From Candidatus Thorarchaeota archaeon (GTDB lineage Archaea > Asgardarchaeota > Thorarchaeia > Thorarchaeales > Thorarchaeaceae): a stretch of 64,000 nucleotides of DNA. The stretch spans positions 44,936 through 108,935 of the forward strand of contig JBHLRP010000005.1 of assembly GCA_048882485.1 (NCBI GenBank), given 5' to 3'. Below the pieces are notes generated by a model that was not told the DNA's origin, searched no databases, and was given only the letters and a program-made list of their open reading frames with translations. Below are positions 47,998 through 57,717 of this stretch, in pieces. The first letter of the stretch is position 1. Each line of letters starts with the position of its first letter. The position numbers and the translations under genes are program-made.

Positions 47998-48686
47998 TAG
48001 TGATTATAGATTTTTAATGGGGATCCTCCCAAGGCATACCAAACACGACAAAGCATAAATTCTGCAATAATGGGAATTACTCCTCGTTTTCGAAATTCCT
48101 CAGCACTAGTTTCAACTCTTTTCTCAAGTAGGACTACTCGACCAAATTTCCTCATGCATTTTGCCAATCGCAAATCCTCGAAAAGGGGGACTTCAAGCAC
48201 TTCCATACAGCTTTTCAGTACATCAGTACGAATAAACATTGCATGGTCGCCATAAAACTCACCTGAGATTCGAAACCACTGATTCAGCATCCATAATCCA
48301 AGGTCATAGTATGGTCTATGGGTGTCGTAGGCCACGGCGAACCCCCCACCGACAACTTCAGGGTCCTCCATAGCGGCTATGATTGCGCGGTCCCATCCCT
48401 CAAGAGGAACCGTATCAGAATGCAGCAGCAGGGTTATTGCACCAGTGATATTAGTCATTCCTTGAAGAAAAGCAAAGCCGCGGCCTCTTCGCCGGGCAAC
48501 GACCACCATTTCATTGGCTCTCTGGGATTTAATCTGTTGAATAAGGATTGGGTTGTTTAGTACCATGATTAGTTGTGTCGGTGCGTCCGCCAGGGATAAT
48601 GCCCTCCTTATTTCTGGAATTCTATGATTTGATGTATGTATAGGAGTAATCACAGATATCAGAGGGGATCCTACCATGACGCGCAC
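47982..48686 (-). CDS. GT2 glycosyltransferase, TIGR04283 (arsenosugar-associated) type, copy A
   Basis: ISVITP, GRG, LLLHSDT, VGGGF, YGDHAMF, PLFED, VETS. Confidence 0.75.
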   Translation of the reverse strand: MRVMVGSPLISVITPIHTSNHRIPEIRRALSLADAPTQLIMVLNNPILIQQIKSQRANEMVVVARRRGRGFAFLQGMTNITGAITLLLHSDTVPLEGWDRAIIAAMEDPEVVGGGFAVAYDTHRPYYDLGLWMLNQWFRISGEFYGDHAMFIRTDVLKSCMEVLEVPLFEDLRLAKCMRKFGRVVLLEKRVETSAEEFRKRGVIPIIAEFMLCRVWYALGGSPLKIYNHYYSTS

Positions 48687-48791
48687 CGTTAGGATATTCG
48701 AAGGTGTTCAGGAATCAAGAATCGATACACATATCACTATCCATGGAAAGGGACTGCGTATTTCCATCAGAGAGTTGGAGTGGATAACTCA

Positions 48792-49547
48792 TTGGTTTCT
48801 GAAACTGTGCCCGACACCGACGACTTTCGACCCAATAAGTATCAAATCGGTCCTGGAATAGGGCTTTTGCTAATGGGTATTTTGTACTAAGTTTTTTGGC
48901 TTTCACCATTGACCTATGAGTCATTCGTCACAGATCCTCGCTGGTCCCACAACTGGGTCTATTCACTAATAATCATAACAATTGGGGCGTCGTTTTATCA
49001 AAAGACTGTGACAAGTAGATTAATTGCAATTCTTCAGCGATTGCTTATGCCAATCACCGCGAGTGGTGCGTTCAATACAACCTTTATGGCCATAGTTGCT
49101 TTGCTACTACTCTCACTATGGATTATTGTTACACTGATTGAACGTTCAAATAATGTCCCACTTATTGACCACCAGTTCTCACAGCGCACTCGGAATTGGC
49201 GAGTCATACATTCGTTGATAGTCTGTTGGATTCTGATGGCACATATGGGACTAGTATTCTTCATAGGTCGACTACCATTTGAGGCTCAACTTGACACCAT
49301 TGGAACAGGTCTGGGACAAAGCTTGGGCTTCTTACTTAATCTTCCAATTGAGCGATATGATCTCATCTCTTATGTCTTTGATATCGACCTGACAGTTCTT
49401 GCGATCCTATTTGGATACGAGCAATTCAAAGGGGGATATAATCCAAGGAACAAGCCATGGCCACGAATCAGTTTCTGGTTTCTCTGAATCACCGTTATAC
49501 TCAGTCTAGCATTGCTTCCTATAAACCTCGAAGGCATAGTCCCCTGA
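48792..49547 (+). pseudogene. Multi-TM membrane protein, copy A, with two nonsense codons
   Basis: Colinear with 56573-57328; TAA at 48888-48890 (Leu in copy B) and TGA at 49485-49487 (Trp in copy B). Confidence 0.85.
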
Positions 49548-49569
49548 AATTCTCATATCTTGCCATCAA

Positions 49570-50280
49570 CTAGGAGAACAAGATTTCCAGCAGCATTTGG
49601 TCCATCCGAAGATATCTCAGAGAGTGCAGTGTGGCTCCCGCTCGCGATTTATGTAGCATATAGAATTCCTGAAGATTGCTTTTGGTGTCTATATCCTGCC
49701 ATTCAGGTAGCACACACACTTCATTGGTTTCTGCTTCTATCCGTGTCAAGGTCTCTTGAAATACTGCATCTGTACTCCAAGATATGTTTCTAAAGGAGTC
49801 GGGAATGAAAGAATCCTTGGAGAACCCAATCAAGTAATACCCTCCATCAGTCGCTGGTCCAATTACAGCCTTGTGCGTCTTGAGATTAGACACAGCTTTT
49901 TGCAGAATCTCAGCAGGTAGATCTGGGCAATCACTTGCGAGAGCAATCACCTGATTATACTTCTGGTTAAACATGGCAATGAAGCCATTATGGAGCCGTT
50001 CTCCAAGATTCGCACCCTTTTGTGGAAAATACCTAAGCGAAGGACCAAGCCACTGTGCAAGCTTCACATGTGATTCAGGAGGATGCACTGCAATATGAAA
50101 CGGAACGTCGAGATCTTGCACCGTTGCAAGCGTGTCCAGAATGAACGCTCGATATAGGCCAGTTGCGGCTGTTTCTCCTAAAGACTTTGCCAATCGTACT
50201 TTAACCTTGCCTGCCTGAGGATGCTTCACCATAATGAATATCCCTGGACGAAATGTGTTCACAACGTTCCCCATATCCAC
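49570..50280 (-). CDS. TIGR04282/DUF2064 glycosyltransferase-like protein (arsenosugar-associated)
   Basis: KHPQAGKVKVRLA, QKGANLGERL, SDCPDL, IGPATDGGYYLIG, ISWST, DIDT. Confidence 0.85.
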   Translation of the reverse strand: MDMGNVVNTFRPGIFIMVKHPQAGKVKVRLAKSLGETAATGLYRAFILDTLATVQDLDVPFHIAVHPPESHVKLAQWLGPSLRYFPQKGANLGERLHNGFIAMFNQKYNQVIALASDCPDLPAEILQKAVSNLKTHKAVIGPATDGGYYLIGFSKDSFIPDSFRNISWSTDAVFQETLTRIEAETNEVCVLPEWQDIDTKSNLQEFYMLHKSRAGATLHSLRYLRMDQMLLEILFS

Positions 50281-50300
50281 ATCCTTTCCTGTTTTGATTG

Positions 50301-51260
50301 TTACTCAATGGCGCCATCACAAGATGAACCATATCCTGCGGTGCAGCCATAGCAATGAGGTCCGGTAACAATCTCACGAGTTAGGTGAGAAATAGGATCA
50401 AATTGGCCGACATGTTGTGGCGTTTTGGCAACAGGGACTTTGAGCGCGAAATTGAAATCGCAATCGTAGGTCCGTCCATCCCATCCAATACAAACTTGAT
50501 GCCTGCACATCAGTCTATCTAATGTAGCTGGATTGAAGGAATCTTCAAGTAGCTGCTGGTACTGAGAGGCTTGATTCTCTATTTCCAACATCTGTTTGAA
50601 CCTTCCAATCGGCATGTTCGTGATAGTGAGCAGACGGTTGAAACTGATGTTATATTCTGTCGACAGTACTTCTTTATAGGTGCCCTCAAGCTCGGATTGC
50701 TCTGGAGGTAGAAATGGACCTTCCGGATTGAAGACCAGGTTCATAATTAGCCCTTGATCTATACCATAGCCCAGTCCATTTAATTCTCTTAGGACTTGAA
50801 TGCTCTTCCTGAATACACCCCTACCACGTACATTGTCCACATCTTGCTCCAAATAGCATGGCAAGGATGCAGCTAATCGAATCTGAAGGTTTCTGTACAT
50901 CTTCATGTATCTTTTCAGGGCAGGATGCAATAATACCGTTAGGTTGGTTCGCACTTGGACATTATAATCCCTCTCAACCAAAGCTTGCAGAAATCGTGGC
51001 AAAAAGGAGTTTAGCTCAGGAGCCCCGCCTGTGATATCGACAAGCTCTGGATGAATTTCCTCAGCGACTATGAGTGCTTCTTCCATTGTCTTCCAGCTCA
51101 TGATGTCATTGCTCCAAGGGGTGGCTTGTACGTGGCAATGATTGCAGAGATGATTGCACCGATTTCCCACGTTCACCTGTAGTGTTTCATGAGTCAAGCC
51201 GGTTAGTTTGAACCCTGTTTCATTTAGAGTCCGTTGACTGAATTTCATCATCTGCGGCAT
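50301..51260 (-). CDS. arsS: Radical SAM/Cys-rich protein, ArsS family (TIGR04167)
   Basis: TLQVNVG..CNHLCNHCH, DITGGAPEL, ASLPCY, ITNMPIGRF, LMCR, YDCDFN, HCYGCTAG.GSSC.G. Confidence 0.85.
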   Translation of the reverse strand: MPQMMKFSQRTLNETGFKLTGLTHETLQVNVGNRCNHLCNHCHVQATPWSNDIMSWKTMEEALIVAEEIHPELVDITGGAPELNSFLPRFLQALVERDYNVQVRTNLTVLLHPALKRYMKMYRNLQIRLAASLPCYLEQDVDNVRGRGVFRKSIQVLRELNGLGYGIDQGLIMNLVFNPEGPFLPPEQSELEGTYKEVLSTEYNISFNRLLTITNMPIGRFKQMLEIENQASQYQQLLEDSFNPATLDRLMCRHQVCIGWDGRTYDCDFNFALKVPVAKTPQHVGQFDPISHLTREIVTGPHCYGCTAGYGSSCDGAIE

Positions 51261-51548
51261 CCTGAATAGACTGTTGTGCTAACCTGGATTTCGCTCATAT
51301 AGATGTAGAGATTCAGGATGGAATTCATCGGTGAAGATTTTCATTTAGTCCGAGCTAAACTCCAATCTCAGACTTCTACCCTTCCTAGAAGAGTTAGAGC
51401 TTTAGTGACTTGGCTTTCCAAATGGAATCTATCTGAAGTTCCGCCTCTTGAGCCTAATACGGCCTCTCTATACGAAGCTCTATAAGCTACCTCCGGCTAA
51501 TTAGCAATTCGTTTGATTCGCTGGAGACACTAGAGGGAGTGCTTTCAG

Positions 51549-53048
51549 ATGAAGCCACTTGGTACGATCACAAAGTACTATCCGTTCATTGATGAGGAGT
51601 CCAAGTCCACTTTGAATTCCCTCTTGGAGAAATCAAGTAGCTACTTTGATTTTGTTCAGCGTTTGTGTGAATCAGTTATAGCTAATGAAGCTCCTGTCAA
51701 TCTGGCCTATATCGCGGCTGTACAGGCATGGTGGTGTAGATTGGATAAGGCTATGGTGGGCATACGTGAGAAATACAATGATTCGCGTCGCATAAAGTCG
51801 TGGGGATTTGCTCACGCTTCTTTTGAGATTGATCAAGCCCGCTATCATGATTCTGTTGTTGAAGCCATTGAGCAAATGATGAGTAACTCTCCCGAAGATT
51901 GGATTCTGACAGAACTTCACCTTCTTCATGCGCATTATCACTGGCCCATGTTCGGTGACATTCCAAGTCTTCTGGAACCTGTCGAAAAGGGGAGGAAATT
52001 GATAGCTGCAAACCCTCTTCTGGAATGCTTTGAAGCTCAAGCCTGTTTCTATGAAGGATGGGCGAAGAGAGTCGAGGGTGACATAAAGGAAGCAATTGCA
52101 ATCTATCAAAAGGGGATTGAGCTCGCTCAGGCGTACGACGAATTTCTACACCTGTACCTGAACCTGGGCGGTAAAGGGGACGCTCAGAAGAATGTCAATA
52201 TTCAGGATGCACTAGCATCCTTTGATGCGTCCTATGTAGTAGCTCAGGACCTAGGAGTGCCCTATCTAGAGGCTGAAGTCTTGCATGACACAGCCCTAGT
52301 GTTTGAGACCGCAGGGGAGTACGACCTGGCAATCTCAAGTCTTCTCGAAGCCTGGAAAACATATGGATTGGATAATGGCACTTCTTTTCCTTTATTGCAG
52401 CTATCAAGAGTCTATGCTAGATTAGGGGATGGTCAACAAGCTCTTGAAACTGTGCAATCCTATATGGACTCTATAGGACACCAAGAAACTATTGGTGGTT
52501 ATCTTGTGAGAGCCCTAGCTCTGGCACAGCTAGATAGAGTGGCAGAGGCGGAAAGTGACCTGATCAAAGTATATCCCCTCGTTATGCAGAGGGGCTTGGA
52601 TCGCATTCTGGGCAGGTATTATCTCGCATCTGGACTTGTTGAGCAAGCAAGGGGTGATTACCTAGCTGCTTCAGATTTCCTTGAGAAAGGTCTAGAAATC
52701 TTCGAGCAAGTTGGCGACGTTCATGGAGAGAAGAGTCGTGCTCTCCTGGGATTAGCCAGAGCGGAGATAGTGCTCGTCAAGAAAGCAACGAATGGTGAGA
52801 AGAGTATTACTCCAGGCACATGGCTCTGCAGGGCTGAGAAACATGCAGTAGATCGGAACCTCCCCGGCATTAGAATGGAGGTTGCCTTCCTCATGTCGGA
52901 ATTCTATCAAAGCCACGGGCAAATCAAAGACGCTATCGGGACTCTTGAGGGTGCGCTTGATATCACAGACTCATTGGGAGTAAGAACTCTAAGGACAAGG
53001 ATTTCTGAAAGAATTGCCGAGCTGAGGAGTCTACCAAAGGAAATATGA
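51549..53048 (+). CDS. Tetratricopeptide-repeat protein
   Basis: MKPLGTITKYYPF N-terminus; repeated helical TPR patterns (G.Y..A...LE.AL). Confidence 0.75.
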   Translation: MKPLGTITKYYPFIDEESKSTLNSLLEKSSSYFDFVQRLCESVIANEAPVNLAYIAAVQAWWCRLDKAMVGIREKYNDSRRIKSWGFAHASFEIDQARYHDSVVEAIEQMMSNSPEDWILTELHLLHAHYHWPMFGDIPSLLEPVEKGRKLIAANPLLECFEAQACFYEGWAKRVEGDIKEAIAIYQKGIELAQAYDEFLHLYLNLGGKGDAQKNVNIQDALASFDASYVVAQDLGVPYLEAEVLHDTALVFETAGEYDLAISSLLEAWKTYGLDNGTSFPLLQLSRVYARLGDGQQALETVQSYMDSIGHQETIGGYLVRALALAQLDRVAEAESDLIKVYPLVMQRGLDRILGRYYLASGLVEQARGDYLAASDFLEKGLEIFEQVGDVHGEKSRALLGLARAEIVLVKKATNGEKSITPGTWLCRAEKHAVDRNLPGIRMEVAFLMSEFYQSHGQIKDAIGTLEGALDITDSLGVRTLRTRISERIAELRSLPKEI

Positions 53049-53122
53049 GGAATATTGATACATGCAATATTTATTATTATAAGATAATAGCATATACTAG
53101 TATCATCTTTGGAGGCTTTGCC

Positions 53123-53284
53123 ATGTCGAATTCTCAAGTCTGCAAATTCAGATTCAAGAATGGATCAAAATCTCTCCGCTTGAATATTCGGTACTATCCG
53201 GTGGATTCAAAGGGGCCAGAAGAGATATTGGCCAATTTCGTCGGCATTCTTAGATACGCACTAGGTGTGTCTTTGAGTGATTGA
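53123..53284 (+). CDS. Unannotated 53-aa protein
   Basis: GGAGG SD and ATG; C-terminus conserved with mostly synonymous changes in a remnant at 57554-57598. Confidence 0.6.
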   Translation: MSNSQVCKFRFKNGSKSLRLNIRYYPVDSKGPEEILANFVGILRYALGVSLSD

Positions 53285-53403
53285 GTAGACCTTGATTCCA
53301 ATTCTCTGTCCGCTGCTGCCATTAACCTCGCTTTACATTTTCATCTTATCGACCAGATTTATTATGGTGCAATGTTGCTTCTCGATTCTAGGGAATATCC
53401 GAG

Positions 53404-54005
53404 ATGGAACGCAAAGAAGAGGAGATGAATGGGATTCTCGTAGCTTTCGATGAGCGTTTGCCACTAAGGTCGAGATTTGCCTTTGGGCTATCTCAAGCTT
53501 CCATAAACATTCTTCAAGTCATTGCGTTAGGGTCAGCAATCACGTTCTTTTACAATGTTAAGCTAGGACTGAGCGAAGAATTGGTCTCGCTTGCTTGGCT
53601 CCTATTTGCGGCATGGAACGCTGTTAATGATCCACTTTTCGGGATTCTTCAAGAGAGGATCGATATGGACATCGGACGGCGCATTCCGGTCTTGCGCTTC
53701 GGAGCCCTAGTTTATGCGACCGCTTTTCTCATATCTGGTTTCCGTTCTTAGGCAGCACGCAAATAGCCCTCTTCTGGAACTTTCTACTCCTCCTATTTCT
53801 GTTCGATTCAATGTTCACTATGGTTGGATTAATCCGAACAGCTTTGCCTGCTGAAATATGCATTACTCAAGAAGCTAGATCGGGGCTCAGTCTATATAAT
53901 GTGGTTCTTGGGTCCATTAGAATCTTATTGGCGATGATAATCCCATTGGTCCTCCTTACCGATGAATTAGCAATCGAGCTCAATCCTCTCTTCAAACGGG
54001 TCATT
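53404..54005 (+). pseudogene. GPH/MFS sugar transporter, frameshifted and truncated copy A
   Basis: Colinear with 57718-58320; 1-bp deletion (CATATCTGG vs CATATGCTGG) near 53733; 3' half missing. Confidence 0.9.
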
Positions 54006-54267
54006 GTCAATTGTAGGGATTTCTTGGCTGATCCTTGCCCCAAACTTTGCACTGGATTTGATAGCCTCCTTCAATAGAGGAGCAGCGGAAGTCAAAATCG
54101 GTGCATCGAGTTATTCGATAGTTGCTAGAATGGCACCTAGGGAGTATCGTGGAAGATTGTCTGAAGACTCCAATGCGACTTTCTTCCTGAGTTGGCGAAT
54201 CTCCGGTACACTTGTTACAGGACTCGTAGCAGATATCCAAATTGGGCTTGAATTGACTTTTTTATGA
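54006..54267 (+). pseudogene. 3' fragment of the MFS transporter (copy B of 46684-47997)
   Basis: GISWLILAPNFAL...ASSYSIVARMAPREYRGRL...NATFFLSW matches copy A. Confidence 0.85.
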
Positions 54268-54322
54268 CACTTTTGTGAACTTCAACCTCGTAGCATTTCC
54301 CTCATTTCCTTAAATGCTGAAT

Positions 54323-55474
54323 TCATTCTTGTAGTTCGGGATTCGGGCGTTCTAATGATGAATGGTGCTCGAGAAACTCTAGTGTCAGAATTAAGGAAAG
54401 CAAAATTGAAGCTATTAAATAAGGATACCCAATTTGGAGCGCCAGCCATTCATTGTTCAATGAAGCCAACGTTCCTCCGGCAACTAACAAGAATTGGAGG
54501 AGGAAAAAAAGGGGCAGCATTAATGAATTCCATCGACTTTCGTTTTGTGTAATATAGATACAGAAGATTGGAATATACCATAAAGCATAGTATAGGACTA
54601 CCTTATTGAAAAGGATGAATATCACTAGAATCAGATTGCTTTGACGAAGTAAGTCGATATTAGCACGTCTTTTATTCAAGGCAATCATAGCCAAAAGTGC
54701 TAGCATAATCATGGGCTGAATTGCCCAAAAGTCCTGAGGGCCTTTCCAGATATTCGGAGATTCTGAGAACAAGTTATAAAACGAATATCCGGATGAGCCT
54801 CGTGTAAAAGGAAATTCAACAACGTATGAAAACCATGCATCTCGTGATAGCATAATGAATGGCAATTCAATGAGAATAGAAAGTGTTGTGAATGTGAAGA
54901 AGTACTTCATTCTCTGACGGTTGTCTTTGATATACAGAAGAGCAGGAAATGCAATTAGAATTGGGAAGTACTTGTAGGCTACGCCGATTGCCAAAGCAGC
55001 AGCTGAATAGATATATTGTTCCCTAAAAAGCAGCAGAACACTCAGCAGCATCCAGAATGCTGCGGTTGAATCAAAGCTGCCTGACAGAGTCGTAGCTATA
55101 AGCGGGAGAGGAGAGAAGCTATACAGGGCAGCAGCCATGAGGCCTTTTTTCTTGGTAGAGTTAGTAGCTACGATCAAATATACTAAGACGATAATACCAA
55201 GGTCATAAATCAGTGGAACAACCTTCCAAATCAAAGCAGAATTCCCAAAAACTGCAAAGAATAAAGCTTCAGTGAACGCGTACAATGGAGGATATGCAAA
55301 TGGTGCATCAATATAGAGCAATCCTCCATCGAGAATTACCTGTGCAGCATGAGCGTTATTAGCCGCATCAATCCCTACTATCCCTCCAAGCAGCAGCGGC
55401 ATCCGAATAAGAATAGTGATAAGTATAAGCCCTATGAAACCAAATTCCTCCTGATAGCCGTCCTTCAATGTCAT
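54323..55474 (-). CDS. GT-C fold membrane glycosyltransferase (GT87/PMT-like)
   Basis: D after TM1, LY.D...YPPL, K.FP, multi-TM; visibly AT-rich. Confidence 0.75.
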   Translation of the reverse strand: MTLKDGYQEEFGFIGLILITILIRMPLLLGGIVGIDAANNAHAAQVILDGGLLYIDAPFAYPPLYAFTEALFFAVFGNSALIWKVVPLIYDLGIIVLVYLIVATNSTKKKGLMAAALYSFSPLPLIATTLSGSFDSTAAFWMLLSVLLLFREQYIYSAAALAIGVAYKYFPILIAFPALLYIKDNRQRMKYFFTFTTLSILIELPFIMLSRDAWFSYVVEFPFTRGSSGYSFYNLFSESPNIWKGPQDFWAIQPMIMLALLAMIALNKRRANIDLLRQSNLILVIFILFNKVVLYYALWYIPIFCIYITQNESRWNSLMLPLFFLLQFLLVAGGTLASLNNEWLALQIGYPYLIASILLSLILTLEFLEHHSSLERPNPELQE

Positions 55475-55760
55475 GAAACCGTTCTTCCCTAAGGAGCTTA
55501 CAGCATATCTACTCTTATCTCTATGTCCAAAATGTATCTAGGCTCTACGAATGATGCAGCTAGGCCAAGAGCCAAGTAGAGGAGGTCGCACAGATTGGAG
55601 GTGGTCCCCACTCAGAAGAACACGTTCCCTTTGGGCGATTAGGCGATTCTATTCGATGAGTGAATTAGATCCAAATCTCGACGTCATCGCTTGCAAGGGA
55701 CTTGAGAGTCATAAGCCTGCACAGACTCTGCCTGAAGCATAAATTGATGCTGCGAGAACA

Positions 55761-56462
55761 CTATCGCTCCAATTTCCTAGTTGAATAATATGCATTGTAA
55801 ATCTGGAATGGAGATCCTCCCAAAGCGTACCATACTCGGTAAACGATGAAACTCACTTGTTCTCGAAAACTCTTGGAAATGTTCTCAACCTTATCCTTGA
55901 GTAATACTACTCGACCATATCTGCGCATACATAATGCTAATCGCAAATCTTCAAAAAGCGGAACTTCCAGCACTGACAAACAGCGTTTCAGAATATGGGA
56001 GCGAATAAACATGGCACGGTCTCCATAGAGTTCCCCTGATATTCGAAACCACTGATTCATTACCCATGTACCAAGGTCTAGGTTGGGTTTAGATATATCA
56101 TAAGCAATGGAAAAGCCTCCACCTACCACCTGCGGATCTTCCAGCGCTGCAAGAATTGCATGATCCCATCCAATTGGAGGAATTGTATCAGAATGTAAGA
56201 ATAGGGTGATGTTGCCTGTGATATTAGCGAATCCCCGAAGAAATGCAAAACCACGACCTTTTCGAGGAGCAACTACTATTAATTCGTTGGAGCCTTGGGG
56301 TATTATATGATTAGCAAGTTTAGGATTGTTTAACACCAAAATCAGTTGTGTAGGTGCGTTTGCTGAGGATATTGACTTCCTAATCTGCGGGATTTTATGA
56401 TTTATTGTATGTATGGGCGTAATCACAGAGATCAAGGGGGAATCTACCACAGTATACACCAC
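55761..56462 (-). CDS. TIGR04283-type GT2, copy B (short in-frame deletion near C-terminus)
   Basis: Paralogue of 47982-48686; KVENISKSFREQVSFIVYRVW versus RVETSAEEFRKRGVIPIIAEFMLCRVW. Confidence 0.7.
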   Translation of the reverse strand: MVYTVVDSPLISVITPIHTINHKIPQIRKSISSANAPTQLILVLNNPKLANHIIPQGSNELIVVAPRKGRGFAFLRGFANITGNITLFLHSDTIPPIGWDHAILAALEDPQVVGGGFSIAYDISKPNLDLGTWVMNQWFRISGELYGDRAMFIRSHILKRCLSVLEVPLFEDLRLALCMRRYGRVVLLKDKVENISKSFREQVSFIVYRVWYALGGSPFQIYNAYYSTRKLER

Positions 56463-56572
56463 GCTATACTATTCATGGGGTGGTCTGCCATCGACATCGG
56501 ATAAACATGTTTTTATCACAAGAATCATGATTGTCAGATTAATTTTCTTCATAATTGAGAGTGGATTACGTC

Positions 56573-57328
56573 ATGACAAACGATACTACACCCGATACAA
56601 GCTCAACTCCACAGAATAAATATCAAATCGGTCCTGGACTGGGGCTCTTATTAATGGGAATTCTATACCTCGGATTTTGGCTCTCTCCCTTGACCTACGA
56701 AGCCTCAATAACTGATCCTAGATGGTCGCATAATTGGGCCTATTCTCTAATAATCATAACAATAGGAGCTTCATTCTATCATAAGACCATCCTTAGCAGA
56801 TTCATTTCGTTGGTCCAAGCAATACTGATGCCGCTCACTGCGAGTGGGGCATTCAATACGACATTCATGACCCTGGCCGCACTGCTTATCCTTTCACTAT
56901 GGATTATTGTTTTCCTTATTGAACGAAGAAGAAGAGTTCCATTTCTTGGTGATCGGGTGTCAAAGCGGACTCAGAATTGGATTGTCATGCATTCACTAAT
57001 TGTCTGTTGGATTCTTATTGCGCACATGGGTCTTGTATTCTTTATTGGTAGGCTACCATTTGAAGCTCAACTTGATACTATAGGGACAAGCATAGGACAG
57101 AGCCTAGGCTTTCTGCTCAATCTGCCAATTGAACGATTTGACCTAGTTACTTATGTCTTTGACATTAACTTGACCATTCTAGCCATCCTATTTGGTTATG
57201 AACAATTCAAAGTTGGATACAACTTGAGGAATAAGCCCTGGCCGAAGATTAGTTTCTGGTTTCTATGGATAACCATTATACTTGGGATAGCATTACTTCC
57301 TTTCAGTCTACGAGGTGCTATTCCTTGA
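56573..57328 (+). CDS. Unknown multi-TM membrane protein (intact copy B)
   Basis: About 7 hydrophobic segments; DPRWSHNW, H..IVCWIL.AHMG, GRLPFEAQLD conserved between copies. Confidence 0.8.
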   Translation: MTNDTTPDTSSTPQNKYQIGPGLGLLLMGILYLGFWLSPLTYEASITDPRWSHNWAYSLIIITIGASFYHKTILSRFISLVQAILMPLTASGAFNTTFMTLAALLILSLWIIVFLIERRRRVPFLGDRVSKRTQNWIVMHSLIVCWILIAHMGLVFFIGRLPFEAQLDTIGTSIGQSLGFLLNLPIERFDLVTYVFDINLTILAILFGYEQFKVGYNLRNKPWPKISFWFLWITIILGIALLPFSLRGAIP

Positions 57329-57330
57329 TT

Positions 57331-57553
57331 TCACAATTGGTTCTCAACGGGCTTGGATGATGCCATTTGTAGAATCCCTTTATGGCTGCGAAGATACTTC
57401 ATAGCAATTAGAGTGTTTAATGAGTTTGCTTGATGTTTCTTATAGAACTCCCGTAGGTTTCTCATGGTGTCAATGTCTTGCCATTCGGATAATACATGAA
57501 ACTGATGCGTTTCTGCTTTGTATTCGCGAGAGGGTTTCCTGAAACACAGTACT
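57331..57553 (-). pseudogene. 3' remnant of TIGR04282/DUF2064 gene (copy B)
   Basis: VFQETLSRI/AET..VLSEWQDIDT..NL.EFY matches the C-terminus of 49570-50280, with a frameshift. Confidence 0.85.
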
Positions 57554-57717
57554 GTTGACATCCTTAGGTATGCACTAGGTGTGTCCCTGAATGAGTGATT
57601 AGATGTCGATACATTTTCCCACGCCACTACCTTCATTCATCTCGCACCGAAATTGCGTCTTGCCAACCAAATTTATTATGGCGCAATGTTGCTTTTCCAG
57701 TTCAGGGATTATCTGAG

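Noticed and set aside
49485-49487. TGA as selenocysteine readthrough in the membrane gene
   Set aside because: It aligns to Trp (TGG), not Cys, in the paralogue, and the same gene has a TAA; simple pseudogenisation explains it
50301-50345. ArsS as a selenoprotein
   Set aside because: The C-terminal GSSC is encoded by a Cys codon and the gene ends in TAA; there is no in-frame TGA
54428-54437. Further CCCAATTTGG match
   Set aside because: Lies inside a CDS, is incomplete and is far from the regulator; probably chance
55551-55742. 63-aa ORF between GT-C and GT2 copy B
   Set aside because: No recognisable motif or paralogue support
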